Assembly (NCBI RefSeq): GCF_009834535.1
Contig: NC_045705.1
Location: 27,714,001 to 27,778,000, forward strand
From: Camelus ferus
Lineage: Eukaryota
Direction of reading: 5' to 3'
DNA length: 64,000 bases
In this document: piece after piece, positions 51,560-63,621 of the stretch
How positions within the stretch are numbered: position 1 is the stretch's first letter
How the letters are laid out: the number at the start of each line of letters is the position of its first letter
The notes under the pieces: generated by a model
Told to the model about the DNA's origin: nothing
Databases searched by the model: none
What the model saw: only the letters and a program-made list of their open reading frames with translations
Program-made: the position numbers and the translations under genes

Positions 51560-52620
51560 GTTGAAGTGACCACTGTAGATGGTCTTAGGTCCAGGTAGAC
51601 ATTTCACACTCATGTGATCAGCCTCACTTGGCATGGGCTTCACTCAGAAGAATAAGGGAGTAGGAAGCACAGCAAAATCTGGTGTGTACCTCCAGAATGA
51701 GCCAGGGACCATTCTCGGCCCACCCTCATATGCTTGTCTCCTCCCCGCCCCCTGTCAGGTATCAATGCCTAGTCTGGCTCAAATGCATCACTAAGGCAAT
51801 ATCATTCTTGCCAGCCAGCCCATTTGCAACTAGGTTTCCAGTCAACTCCGTGTCTTGGACAGTGGGGCATTTTTCTCTCAGTCATAAGTTTGTCTCCAGC
51901 GTTCATCCATTCCTACAAGAGGAAGATTTCTCCCCTGTCACACAATGTCAAGCTTTTGCCACCAGACTCTGGGAAAGTTGGTTCTCACTGAGGCTTCAGT
52001 CTCATCAGCATCTCCCTCTCCATTCCCTTTATATCACAGTGCCTTGGCCATATTGAACCAAGGATGTAAAAGTCTGTTCCATTGCTGCTACCACTCTGCA
52101 TGCCCAGTGCCTGTGGTTTCAAGGCCAGCTCGATAGATATTTCATACTAGCACAACCCAGTAGGGCACTTGTCTTGCCTTCACTCAGGAGGATGTGGAAC
52201 AGGAAATACAGCAAGCCAGCAGTGAGGCTTTTCGTATTTTTCCAGGAGTCCCTGTAGCTCTCTGGCAGCAGTCCTGGAGACTGCTCTCTGCCCTAACCCC
52301 CCAAGACTACATGGGTGAGTGCGGGAACCACCATGGCTTGGAAGTCTCAAGTTCCATGTTAGAACCAGTGCCTCTTATAACAGTCCCATGGGCCCAGAGT
52401 CCAACAGTTCCAGCAAAGGACAAGAAACATCAAGAAGCATCACTCAGGAAAGCCCAGAGCTGTGGCTTTCCACCAGGTCATCACAGTCCTCCTGGTCCAC
52501 TTGCAGTTTAGTCAGATCGTCTTTACCATGAGCGATGTTGCCCATTAACATGGGTGACGTTCTGCCTTTATTAAGTTTCCAGGGGAACACAGCTGAAAAG
52601 TTAACATGAGGTTAATTTCC
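51560..52620 (-). mobile_element. ERVL/MaLR-type internal fragment (tentative)
   Basis: GC-richer block between L1 pieces with motifs such as ccagtcaactccgtgtcttggacagtggggcatttttctc that I associate with ERVL internal sequence; family uncertain. Confidence 0.45.
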
Positions 52621-52629
52621 CGTGAATAC

Positions 52630-53430
52630 ACATGGACAAAGTGATAGGCTTTAACTTTTCAGGAAAGTAATAAAATTAATCATTTATATTTTTAGCCTGT
52701 AATCATTCAAAGATATGTTGTACTTTTAGGCTAATCACTAAACAGGTTAAATGTATAATTAAGGGAAAATGAAATAATAAAAAAACATTTGATTAGTTCG
52801 TAAAAGAGGCAAAGAAAACAAAAGAATGTAAAACAGGTGGGTGAAGTAGAATGCAAATAGTAAGGTGATAGTGATAAACCCACTGTATCAGTAATCACAA
52901 TAAATATAAAAGGACTAGGTACCCCAGTCAGAGAGCTAATACTACCAGACTAGGTTAAAATACTGAACCTAATTATGTGCTCTTTACAAGTAACACCTTA
53001 ATATAAGATACAAAATGTTCGAAATTAAACAGATGGAAAAATATGTCATGCAAACACTATTCAAAAGGAAGCTGGTGTAACTATACGAATATCAGACAAT
53101 GTGGAATTTAAGGCAAGAAGCATTACTACAGAGAAAGACAATTCATAATGATAAAGTGGTCAGACCACCAGAATATTAAAAATTGTAAGTCTATATGTAA
53201 CCAATAGCATAGTTTCACATTATACAGACGAGCATTGACTGATCTAAAAGGAGTGATAAATGAATCCACAGTCCAAATAGACTTTAACATACTTCTCCAT
53301 AGGTTATAGAACTAAGTAAAACTCATAAGTAAGAATAAGACAAAGAAATAAGTAAAGATGTAGAACATCTTGCTAATAAGCAAACTTGACATAACTGATA
53401 TTTATCTAATGCCACATTTGTGACAAAATT
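52630..53430 (+). mobile_element. Old L1M ORF2 endonuclease-region fragment
   Basis: ggaaaaatatgtcatgcaaacact...gaagctggtgtaactatacgaatatcagacaatgtggaatttaaggcaagaag. Confidence 0.75.
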
Positions 53431-53488
53431 CTCATTTTAAAAATGCGTATCGTCCCATTTGTTTACTTTTGTTTTTATTTCCACTACT

Positions 53489-54097
53489 AAAAATAAACAA
53501 ATGGGGCCTAATTAAACATAAAAGCTTTTTGGCAGAGCTAAGGATACCATCAACAAAACAAAAAGAACCTACAGAATGGGAGAAAATATTTGCAAATGAT
53601 GCAACTAACAAGAGACTAATTTCCAAAATATACAAACAGCTTATGCAGCTTAATATCAAAAAAAAAAAGCAACCCAATCNNNNNNNNNNNNNNNNNNNNN
53701 NNNNNNNNNNNNNNNNNNNNNNNNNNNNNNNNNNNNNNNNNNNNNNNNNNNNNNNNNNNNNNNNNNNNNNNNNNNNNNNNNNNNNNNNNNNNNNNNNNNN
53801 NNNNNNNNNNNNNNNNNNNNNNNNNNNNNNNNNNNNNNNNNNNNNNCAAATAAGTGCAGGAGAGGGTGTGGAAAAAAAGGAACCCTCCAAACTGTTAGTG
53901 GGAATGTAAACTTGTGCAGCCACTGTGGCAGACAGTATAGAGGTTCCTTAAAAAACTAAAAATAGTACTGCTATATGATCCAGCAATCCAGCTCCTGGGC
54001 ATATATCTAGAGAAAACTTGTAATTCAAAAAGATACATTCACCTCAGTGTCCATGGTAGCACTATTTACAATAGCCAAGACATGGAAGCAGCCTAAA
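53489..54097 (+). mobile_element. Younger L1 ORF2 3'-region fragment, truncated at both ends, spanning an N gap
   Basis: ORF 53469-53909 gives KINKWGLIKHKSF...TEWEKIFANDATNKRLISKIYKQLMQL; ends at catggaagcagcctaaa with no 3' UTR. Confidence 0.9.
53680..53846. other. Assembly gap (167 N) inside L1
   Basis: Run of N. Confidence 0.99.
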
Positions 54098-55177
54098 GCA
54101 GAGATACTCAGACAATGTATGTACTGTTGGAAGTTTACATTACCACCTATGAAATAGTTTTACCCCCACTCCTCCCCAGTAAGTTAAATCTGAATCCAAT
54201 TAAGCCTCCAACAATCCATGGAAAAGGAGGACAGAGGACAAAGGAACATGTCAAATGGTTCCATGAGGATGCAATAAGCAGAGTCCAGTCAGTACACATC
54301 TACAGGATAAATAATCCTATTTCTTCTACAAAAGTAGAAATTTTAAATTAGATGAAGGGGAATTCTGGAGATCAAGAAAGTTAAGGAATACATTAGCCAA
54401 TTGTAATGTATGGACTTTAGATTGTGATTAAAACTATAAAAGCAAAGCAAACTTTTATAAGACAGTTGGGGGAAATAGGAACATCAGATGAATACTTGAT
54501 GATATTAAAGAATAGTTTTCAATATTCCAGGCCAGATTTTTTAAGTTTATGTTTTAAACATGAAGTTTTATCTTTTAGAGGTAGCACTGAAAAACTTACA
54601 GGTAAAATTATATAAAGTCTGGGCTTTGCTTCAGATTAGCATGGATGAGGGTTTATATGAAATTGGGTTGACCATGAGTTGTTGATAAGCGTTGAATCTA
54701 GGTGATGAGCACATGGGAGTTCATTTTACTGTTTTATTTATTTTTATATATGCTTGAACTTTTTCATTATAATAACACTTAAGAGATGTAGTCACAAAGG
54801 TGATCAAAGAAATGACATATCAGAAATGAGTAGGTAGATTTTTAAAAATCAATGCATCTTAAACTAAAAATACATTTATTTAAGTAATTAAGTCAAATAC
54901 TCAGTGGATGAGTCAGATATATTTAGGCACAGTTAAATAGTGAATCTCAAGCTTTGTGTAAAAAAGTACCTGGAATGTTACAGAGAAAATAAACGAATCA
55001 GCAGATTCAGGAAGCACCATGTATCTCAAGCTGGAAAAAGAAAAAGAAATCCATGCCAAGATACATTATAACAGAGACAGATATCTTAAAAGCATCTGTT
55101 TCAGTCAGGGTACTGTCAGGAAAACAGAAATGACATTAGGTATTTCAGAAGAGCAGTTTAATTGAGAGAACTGATTA

Positions 55178-55637
55178 CAGGCAGACCTTGTTTTATTGCA
55201 CTTCGCAGATGCTACATTTTTTACAAGTTGAAGGTTTAGGGCAGCCCTTTGTTGAGCAAGTCTGTGCTATTTTTCCAATAGCATTTGCTCAGTTTGTCTC
55301 TCTGTGTCATATTTTGGTAATTCTCGCAATATTCAAACGTTTTCCTTGCTATTTGTTTTGATGATCTGTAATCAATGACCTTTGATGTTACTATTGCCAC
55401 TTGCTGAAGGTTCAGNNNNNNNNNNNNNNNNNNNNNNNNNNNNNNNNNNNNNNNNNNNNNNNNNNNNNNNNNNNNNNNNNNNNNNNNNNNNNNNNNNNNN
55501 NNNNNNNNNNNNNNNNNNNNNNNNNNNNNNNNNNNNNNNNNNNNGAAGCCGAAAAGTTCGTGTGACTCGCTTTATTTCAACATTCATTTTATTGTGGTGG
55601 TCCAGAACTGAGCCGCAGTATCTCCCAGGCTTGCCTG
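55178..55637 (+). mobile_element. Tigger1 internal-deletion derivative (Tigger1a_Art-like)
   Basis: TA|caggcagaccttgttttattgcacttcgcagat... joins gatgttactattg directly to ttgctgaaggttcag and ends ...gcagtatctcccaggcttgcctg|tg. Confidence 0.88.
55416..55544. other. Assembly gap (129 N) inside Tigger1 derivative
   Basis: Run of N. Confidence 0.99.
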
Positions 55638-56229
55638 TGCATTGTGGTGGAGGGCTGACAAAGAAAAAAGGGAACAATGAGGTAAATCAGAGATGCTAAC
55701 TGTAGGGAATGGCTCCCACCCCCCAGGATGAAATAAGAGGTAGGGTTTTCAGAATCTAGGAGTTTGTGGGAGCGCTCTGGCTGAGCTAGCATTCCAGCAT
55801 CTGAGGAGGGAGCACGGGCTGGCTGCTGGGTCTGGGAGTGCTGGAAGAAGCTGGAGACTGGAGTGCTGCCCATGCAAAGTGTAGTTGCCAGAATGACGCT
55901 GACAGGAGCAACATGCAAACTGGGAGAGAAAGTGCCTCTCCCTCTTGCCTTCCAATCCCTTAGCACACAGATTTGCAGAACCTAACGAAGAAGCTGGCTA
56001 GCAAAGAAGTGTGCTTTGCAGAGTTCCAGCCATAGTATCACAAAGCAGATTACAGAATTTTGGATTTGCATCTGAGAGAAAATAGCTTAAGAAATATCAC
56101 AGCAGCCATTCATTCATGTATTCAACAAATGTGTAGCAAAGGCCTACTTTGTGCCAAATACTTTTGAGGTGCTTGACATAAACTGGTGAAGAAAAATTTA
56201 AGACAAAGATCTCTGCCTTCATGGAGAAA

Positions 56230-59006
56230 GAAAGGACAGATCACCTATAGAGGAATGATGACTAAAATGACAGCCTAATTCTCATAGCAACTGTCTCAGC
56301 CAGATCACGGTGTTGAGAGGATACCGGACCCCCTAGAATTGTGAACCATACAATAAGGGAAGAATGAAGATGCTCAGAGATAATGAACTGGAAAAAGTTT
56401 ACTACCAACAACCCTACCTTAAAGGAACTTTTCTGTTATGATAGCCAAAGAATGAGTCTACGAGACAAAGGAAGATTTACTAAGCAAATAAAATTACACA
56501 GGTACGCGAATTCAAACAAACATTGTCTATAGAAAACAATTTGTAAGATTTTAAAAGAAACGACTAAACGACTAAAAGAAATACTGAACAAAATAGAATG
56601 TACATTTGAGAGTGGGATGATCAGAGTTAAGTTGTTTAGAGGCCCTTTTAGTGTTCAGGAGGTGTGAGTTAATATATTGCTTGGACGTTAAGTTAAACAT
56701 TGAGTAAAAATTTAAGGATAACTTTTAAAAGAATGTGAAAATCCAAACCTGTGAGGATAAAATAATTAAGGGGAGGCCCCCAAAAAAAGTCAACCCAAGA
56801 AATTTATGGCCTAAAAAAGGAGGAAAAAAGCATTCAAGAATCAGGATAAAAAGAAACCAAGAAATAAGATAATCTTAAAAACAGTCTGTAATATAATGGT
56901 CACAGTAATGTCAAATTGGAAAATTTTTTAAAGAGCTACATGTTTTTATGAGTCATGCCTAAAGCATAATAAAAATGTTGAAAATAATGGGGAAGTACTA
57001 ACCAAAAAGGAATATACTAATCAAAAGGAAGTAGACATATTAATTGCCTGAAAAAAATATATTTCAAAACAGAAAAAATTATTAGGGTCATAGAGAATGA
57101 TCACACAATGATAAAAGCTTTAATTCACCAGAAATATATACCACTTCTAACTTGATACATACCCAGTAAAATAACCTCAAAATATAAAAAGCAAAAAAAA
57201 AAAATGAAATTGACAAACCAACATAGACATCTTTCTCCGCTATTGATAAACCAATTAGTCTATGTCTGAATCTGTATTTATGAAGTGTATTAGTCTGATT
57301 TTCTTATGATACTTTGTCTAGTTTTGGTATCAGGACAATAATGACCATTGTATAATGAGTTTGGAAGTGTTTCCTCCACCTTACTTTTCTGGAAGAATTT
57401 GTAGAGAATTGGTATTACATCTTCCTCAAGTGTTTGATAGATTGCACTAGTGAAGCCACCTGGGCCAGGGGTTTTCTTTGTGAGAGATTTTTAACTACAA
57501 ACCCACTTTCTTTAATGAGAGTATTCCAATTATCTTTCTTCTCGAGTAACCGTTGTTGTGTCTTAAAGGAATTTGTCCACTTTAAGTCATTGAATTTATT
57601 GCCATAAAGTTGTTCATCATATTCTCTTATCATTATGTTAATATCTGTAGGATTTGTAGTAACATACCTCCTCAATTCTGATCTTGGTAGTTTGTATCTT
57701 TTCTCTTCCTTTTTTTTTCTGATCAGATTGACTAAAAGTTTATCAGTTTTATTAATCTTCCCAAAGAACGGGTTTTTAGATCCATTTATTTTCCTGTATT
57801 GTTTTTCTGTTTTCTCTTTCACTGATGTCTGCTCTTACCTTTATTACTTCCTGTCTTCTACTTGCTTGGTATTTAATTTGCTATTCTATTTTAAATTTCT
57901 CAGTATGGAAGCTTAGGTTATTGATTTGATCCCTTAGGAAGAGAAAAACAAAATGTTACCAGAAATGGTGTGATTATCTACATAGGAAACCTAAAAAAAA
58001 ATCTACAAATTTTTAGAAATAACAATGTTCTTATCAAGATGGTTGCCTTTAAGTCAATAAATACAAATAAGTTGCATTTCTATATAGCAGCCATAAATAT
58101 TAGAAAGCATAATTTAAAAAAAGTTTGTTAAAAAAATAAAGTTCCCAATATTAAATCTAACCAAAAATCATAAGGCCTATGTACAGAAAGTGATAAAACT
58201 TTATTGAAAGACATTTTAAAAGACCTAAATAAACAGGAAGATATGTAATGTTCATGGGTAAGAGTTCACACACCATAAACATGTCAGTTTTCTCTGATTT
58301 GATTTATAGAGTCAATGCTATTATAATCAAAATAACAACAGGTTTTTTAACGGCACTCAAAAAGCAGATCTTTACATTTATATGGAAGGATAAAGAATAG
58401 ACGTGACACTCTTGAAGAGAAAGGTGGTGAGAATTGCCATACTTTTATGAAAAATTACAAAACACGACATTATGCCATTTGCTCAAGGATCAACAGAAAT
58501 AACCAGGGGGACTAAATCGAAAGTCCAGCATACACAGAGCTGTGGAGGGTCAGCAGGGAAGAGGGCGCTGTTCAGGAAGCTGTGCCCAGGCAGTTACTTA
58601 GTTCAATCCTCACCTCACATCTTACCCAAAACATGAATTCTGTGTGAATTAAGGACTCAAGTATCAAACACAAAACTTTAAAAATTAAAGTAAAATGTGG
58701 CAGATGATCATTATGGCCTTGAAGTACACAAAGGTTTCTTGAAGAAGATACAAAAGCACAGGCTTAAAAGAAAGAATGTTAATAAGCTCAACTACATTAA
58801 AGTTTAAATTTTTTTAAATTAAAGGCATTTTTCAAATTAGTGAGAAGCCAGAGTGAGAGAAAATTCATGTAACACATTTAACCTGCAACAATGAACATGC
58901 CAAGCATATAAATAAAGTGATGAGAAAGATAAATAGTAAAATATAAAAATGTATAAATGATATTAACAGACAATTCACAGAAAAAAGATATATATATATA
59001 CACATA

Positions 59007-59067
<61 letters not shown>

Positions 59068-59870
59068 CCAGTCAACACACGAAACAATTCTCAATCTCAC
59101 TAATAATCAGGAAATGCAAATTAAGACTACAGTAAGATGCTGTTTTATTCCTACTGATGATACCAAGAATTAGAAAGGATACAGAGCAAGAGGCACTTTT
59201 AAAATTTGCTCACAGAATTATAAATTGTCTTAACACCTTTAGGAAACAATTTTACATTCTTTTGTTATGTTGGGCATTTGCACATCCTATGACCCAGCAG
59301 TTCCACTCCTAGGTATTTACTCTGAACTAGAAAAACTACACATTTATTGGCAACAGAAAACTTAAAAACGAAATTACTCAAACTCCCCATTTACAGAAAA
59401 TAGGTAAATACGTTATAGTATATTCACTTAATGAACATATAACTGTGAAGCAAGGAAATTGAACTAAAGCTACACACAGCAACATGGATGAATCTTAGAA
59501 ACAGAGTGTTGAATAAAAACCCCAAGGCCCAGAGGACTGCTGGTATAGTATTATACCATTTTTATAATGCACAGGAAGAAGTAAATGAAATATTATATTG
59601 TTGGAGCAAATATATGTGTGTGCAAGTGATAGAACAGTGTTTAAAAAGAGCAGTGGAGTAGTAAACACAACACTTGGGATACTGTGTGCCTCTGGAGAAA
59701 AGGCAAGAGGATGGCAGAGTGTGAGAACATATAGGCAGATGCAAGTTCATTCTTTGGACAGGTGGTGATTTCTGGGATATTCATTATTTTATGCTTTACA
59801 ACATAAATTTATATTTTATATGATTACATATTTTACGTGTGTGTCTATATATATTCTTCAGTATGTGTCA
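56230..59870 (+). mobile_element. Composite old L1M region with an inverted internal segment (about 57265-57935, minus)
   Basis: Plus-strand ORF1/EN pieces; minus ORF 57415-57822 resembles ORF2 linker (KINGSKNPFFGKINKTDKLLVNLIRKK); then plus-strand late ORF2 and 3' UTR. Confidence 0.75.
58988..59066. repeat. Compound (AT)n/(TG)n/(TA)18 alternating purine-pyrimidine tract, 79 bp
   Basis: Read directly; uninterrupted R/Y alternation. Confidence 0.95.
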
Positions 59871-60126
59871 AATGTTGGCATTAAAGAAAGATAATTTTAT
59901 TTGTTTAAAAAGGAATCCTTTGGGGAGGCCACTCAGAAGAGTCAAGTGAATAAAGGAAGAACACATCAGGCTTCAGATTTTTGTGCTGCACCCATTCACA
60001 CCAAGAGGCAGTGGAGCAATGCCAGCACATTATTCAAGGAAGGAAAGAAGGAGCTGTGGTTTTATATCCAGCCAGCTGTCCTTCAGGCATGAAGGCTGCA
60101 GACAGGAAGTTTTAAAATTATATGAT

Positions 60127-60526
60127 TGTACTAGTTTGCTAGGGCTGCTGTGACAAACTGCTACAGACCAGGTGGCTTAAACCATTGAAATTCATTCTCT
60201 CACAGTCCTGGAGGCTGCACACTGAGGGTGCCTGTGCCGCCAGTGTTGGTTTCCTCTGAGGCCTCTCCCCTTGGCTTGCAGCTGCCCTCCCTTTTGGCAC
60301 CTCTTCACATGGTCGTCCCTCTGCACACACAACCCGATGTGTCTCTTCGTTTTCTGTAAATTCTTCAATATAAATCCAGTTATGTTAGCTTAGGCCCCCA
60401 CAATAATGGCCTCATTTTAACTCAATCACCTCTTTAAAGATTTTAAATACAGTTACATTCTGAGATACTAAAGACTGAAACATCAACATGTGAATCTTGA
60501 GGAACACAGTTCAGCCTTTCACGACA
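60127..60526 (-). mobile_element. MLT1A/B-like MaLR solo LTR
   Basis: tgtactagtttgctagggctgctgtgacaaa...ggtggcttaaa...ctcacagtcctggaggctg...tggcctcattttaactcaatcacctctttaaag...cagttacattctgagatact. Confidence 0.88.
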
Positions 60527-60539
60527 ATCTGAGAATAAT

Positions 60540-62160
60540 TTTCCCATCAACCCTTCATAAGAAAACTACTAGAAGAGGAACTTCAGTCAACCAGGAGGTG
60601 ACTGGGGAAGCCACCTGGAAGTGATGCCTGTGATCATGGGATATATTTAACTGTAGAACCAACACAAAAACAAAGATGGGAAATAGGGTGAGAGAACAAA
60701 ATATAAATACTATATGCCCTGACAATGAAAAATGATAAATTTACCAGAAAATGAGATTGGAAGAAAAAAATAAGATAGGAAGCAGGGTAAGTTTTCTGAG
60801 TGCCTCATCTGTGATGATTGGGAGTTAGAGATCGTCCATCAAAAGGGGCCAATGAGATAGTTAGGGAGAGTCAACATTAGACCTGAATTAGGTTCTGAGA
60901 TTTTATATATGGTAAAGATAGCATCACAGTGGGTGAAGAGATGAATTATTCATTAAATATTATTGGAATAACTTAGTAGCCATCTGGAAAAAAATTAAAT
61001 TGGAGCCATATCTTTTACTTTATACCAAGTTAAAATTTAAGTGAATCAAAAATTTAAACATGAAAAAATGAAACTACAAAAGTTCTGGGGGGAAGAAACA
61101 TGGTAAAAATTCTTGATAACCTTGGAATAAGCAAGACCTTCCTAACTGTTACAACTGAAAACCCAGAAACCATCAGAAATAGATGAATAAACTGAACAAT
61201 GTAGAAATCAAAACCTTTCTATCACACAAAGCACTGTAAGTCCAAAGGTGAACTTCAGAACCTGGGGGAATGTATCTATAGGGCATATACAGGCAAGGGA
61301 CTAATCTCCCTAATACATAAAAAGCTTTTTCATATAAATAAGATACAGACCTCATAGAAGAACTAACAATATAAGAACAGGTACTTAATAGAAAAGAAAT
61401 AAAAGAGGCTGTCAAACAGGGAACGTTGGTCAGCTTTACTCATAAGAAGGGAAATGCAGATTTAAACCACATTTTCACCTATCGAAAACCCAGGAGTTTA
61501 ATAACAGACTCCTTGGTGAGGCCGTAAGGAAGCAGGGACTTGTGTATATTTCTGGTGGGAGATTAAATTGTTATAATCCTGTGGAGGGCAGTGTGATATC
61601 TGTCAAAATAATGTGTGTATCCCCTTGACATAGCATGTCCACATCTGGAAATGTATCCTACAAATATGCTTTCACAAGTACAACATCACACCTATACAGG
61701 ATCATATTTGCAGCATTGTTTTAACAGCGAAAAATTGGGGAAGAGAGGAATATTCATTAATAAGGATCTAGTTAAGTAAATAATGGTACATCCAAACAAT
61801 GGAATACTATGCAGCTGATAACAAAAGCATGAACAGGTTTTCCATACACTGATGTAGAAAGATCTCCAAGGTGTGTGTTTAGAGGAAAAAGCAAAGGGCA
61901 GATGAATGTTACCTCTTATATTGTAGGCTACCTCATAAAATAGGGGTGAGAGAGAAGTCTGTATTCATATTTGCTTGTATAAATCATAAAGAAATCCTAG
62001 GTTACATAAGAAACTAAAAATTAGTGTTTACTTGTATACAACAGACACAGATATTAGGGAGACTTTTTACTTTATAACTTTGTATGATTTCTGGTTTTTG
62101 AAACATGACTAAGTTACATTTTCAAAAAGCTAAGTAAATTTAAATGCAAAAGAATATGGG
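60540..62160 (+). mobile_element. Old L1ME fragments
   Basis: Late ORF2 and 3' UTR motifs (gaattattcattaaatattattggaataact, taatggtacatccaaacaatggaatactatgcagct). Confidence 0.7.
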
Positions 62161-62446
62161 CATGAAATAAAGTTCTGCTGTTTAGTAATCTGAGTGGATT
62201 TGAGCACAATATTTAGCCTCTCTGGATCAATTTTCTTATCTATAAAAAGGCTGTAATGGTAGCATCTAGCTTGTAGGATTGCTGTTAGGATTAACGAGAG
62301 GATGAACATGAGGTGTGTAGCAGACTGCCAGCCCCAGCTAGATACTCAGTTAAACGGTCATTCATTTGTGTTACTGCTCTTAATCTTGGTGGTAAATCAG
62401 TATGTTATTTAAGAGACACCAGCCTTAGCTGACCATTCTTTTCTAG

Positions 62447-62566
62447 AACCAGACATCCTGGGTCCTTTCCAGCATGGCAGCCCTCTACTGGAGAGTGAAA
62501 GGCCAAGGAAAGAAGGCAATTGACTGCCTACGCCAGGCCCTCCACTACGCTCCACACCAGATGAAG
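62447..62566 (+). CDS. TTC17: TTC17 exon (120 nt), TPR: NQTSWVLSSMAALYWRVKGQGKKAIDCLRQALHYAPHQMK
   Basis: Acceptor ccattcttttctag|AAC; donor AAG|gtgagt; phase 0 to 0. Confidence 0.96.
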
Positions 62567-63621
62567 GTGAGTGGGGCCCAGAGGTGTGAATTTCCATCCC
62601 TTGGTCCTTTCCCTTGTCCAGTGGGTTATTCTGAGGTTTCGACTGGACTTCCTCACACCCAGCCAGTAAGAGAGTGGCAGAAGGCTAAGATGGGGCAAAA
62701 AAAGTGTGACCCGTTTTCGCCCCCACAAGCCCGTGAATTATACCCACTGTGGTGCCCTCCCTACCTCAGTAAGGTGGGAGGAGCATCAGGGAGGGGCCTC
62801 AGGATCACTGTAAGACATTGTATCATTGAGTGCCCTTTCTGCTGTATTCAGAGCCATCCAACACACACTAAATACGCTGGCGTAGGTGGGCCGTCAGCCT
62901 CGAGTCCTTCTGGGTGTGGCTTATTCCCCGGGGCCTGGGGGCCTGTGGTGCCCGGTCTGGCACTTGCTTCCAGACACAGAAACAGAAGCAAATTTCCAGT
63001 TCTTCATATATATCAGCCAGTTCCTGGTCTTTATCTGACTTCATCTTTTCCACAAAAACAAAAACACCCAGAATACCCTGTGTAGCATCAGTCTTTTCAA
63101 AAAGCCATTGTTAGGATGACGGAGAATGTAAAAATTTTTAACAGCACATTTGTATCCACACGTGCTGAGTTCTGCATTAATCTCCAGATCTCATACTCCC
63201 TAAAGACAAGACCGTGTCCTCTTGTTCACAAGGGCGGTGTTTGGGCTGGTGGAAGGGGTAGGGCTTTCCTGTCAGGCGTTGCCGAGCTCTAAACGCAGCT
63301 CTCCCTCTCACCGGCTTTGTGATCTCAGGCAAGGTATTAAACCTCTGTGACCTCATATATGACACGCACTACTACGTGGGTGTCTGGTAGGGACAGAGGT
63401 GGTTCTCTTTTTCTGTTTTCTCAGCATCTTCTACAGAAGAACCCAGGGATGCAGAACAGTGTGGTACAGATAGTGGTTGCTCAGGTAACACAGTAAAGGG
63501 AATACGTATTTGTAATATTTGTGATATTAATAAATATTTGTGATAATAATATTGCTGCTTGTTCAACCTATCAGTCTGTGCTCTCTGCTGCTAGGCGATA
63601 GGGAAGGGCCAAGACTCTAGA

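Larger units (their letters stand above)
55096..56101. mobile_element. Ancient LTR (MaLR/ERVL class) interrupted by Tigger1-derived MITE
   Basis: Starts tgtttcagtcagggt...caggaaaacagaaa, ends ...tgagagaaaatagcttaagaaatatcaca (TG...CA); subfamily not assigned. Confidence 0.6.
615..62566 (+). other. TTC17: TTC17 gene, partial (14 internal coding exons; both ends outside the window)
   Basis: Exon translations match recalled human TTC17. Splice phases chain consistently (1-0-0-2-0-0-0-1-1-0-1-2-0-0-0). All visible acceptors are AG; visible donors are GT except one GC. Confidence 0.97.

Noticed and set aside
51682-52531. Cluster of 60-124 aa ORFs
   Set aside because: They lie in a decayed ERVL/MaLR-like internal fragment, overlap in different frames, and show no intact domain.
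16816-54097. L1 pieces at 16816-17342 (minus) and 53489-54097 (plus) nearly abut in L1 coordinates, suggesting one element split by a 37-kb inversion
   Set aside because: Such an inversion would flip the exons between them, but all exons are in order on the + strand; coincidence.
12243-62446. Young inverted repeat pairs that could drive circRNA formation
   Set aside because: Both SINEs share one orientation, and the young L1 pieces in opposite orientations do not overlap in L1 coordinates.
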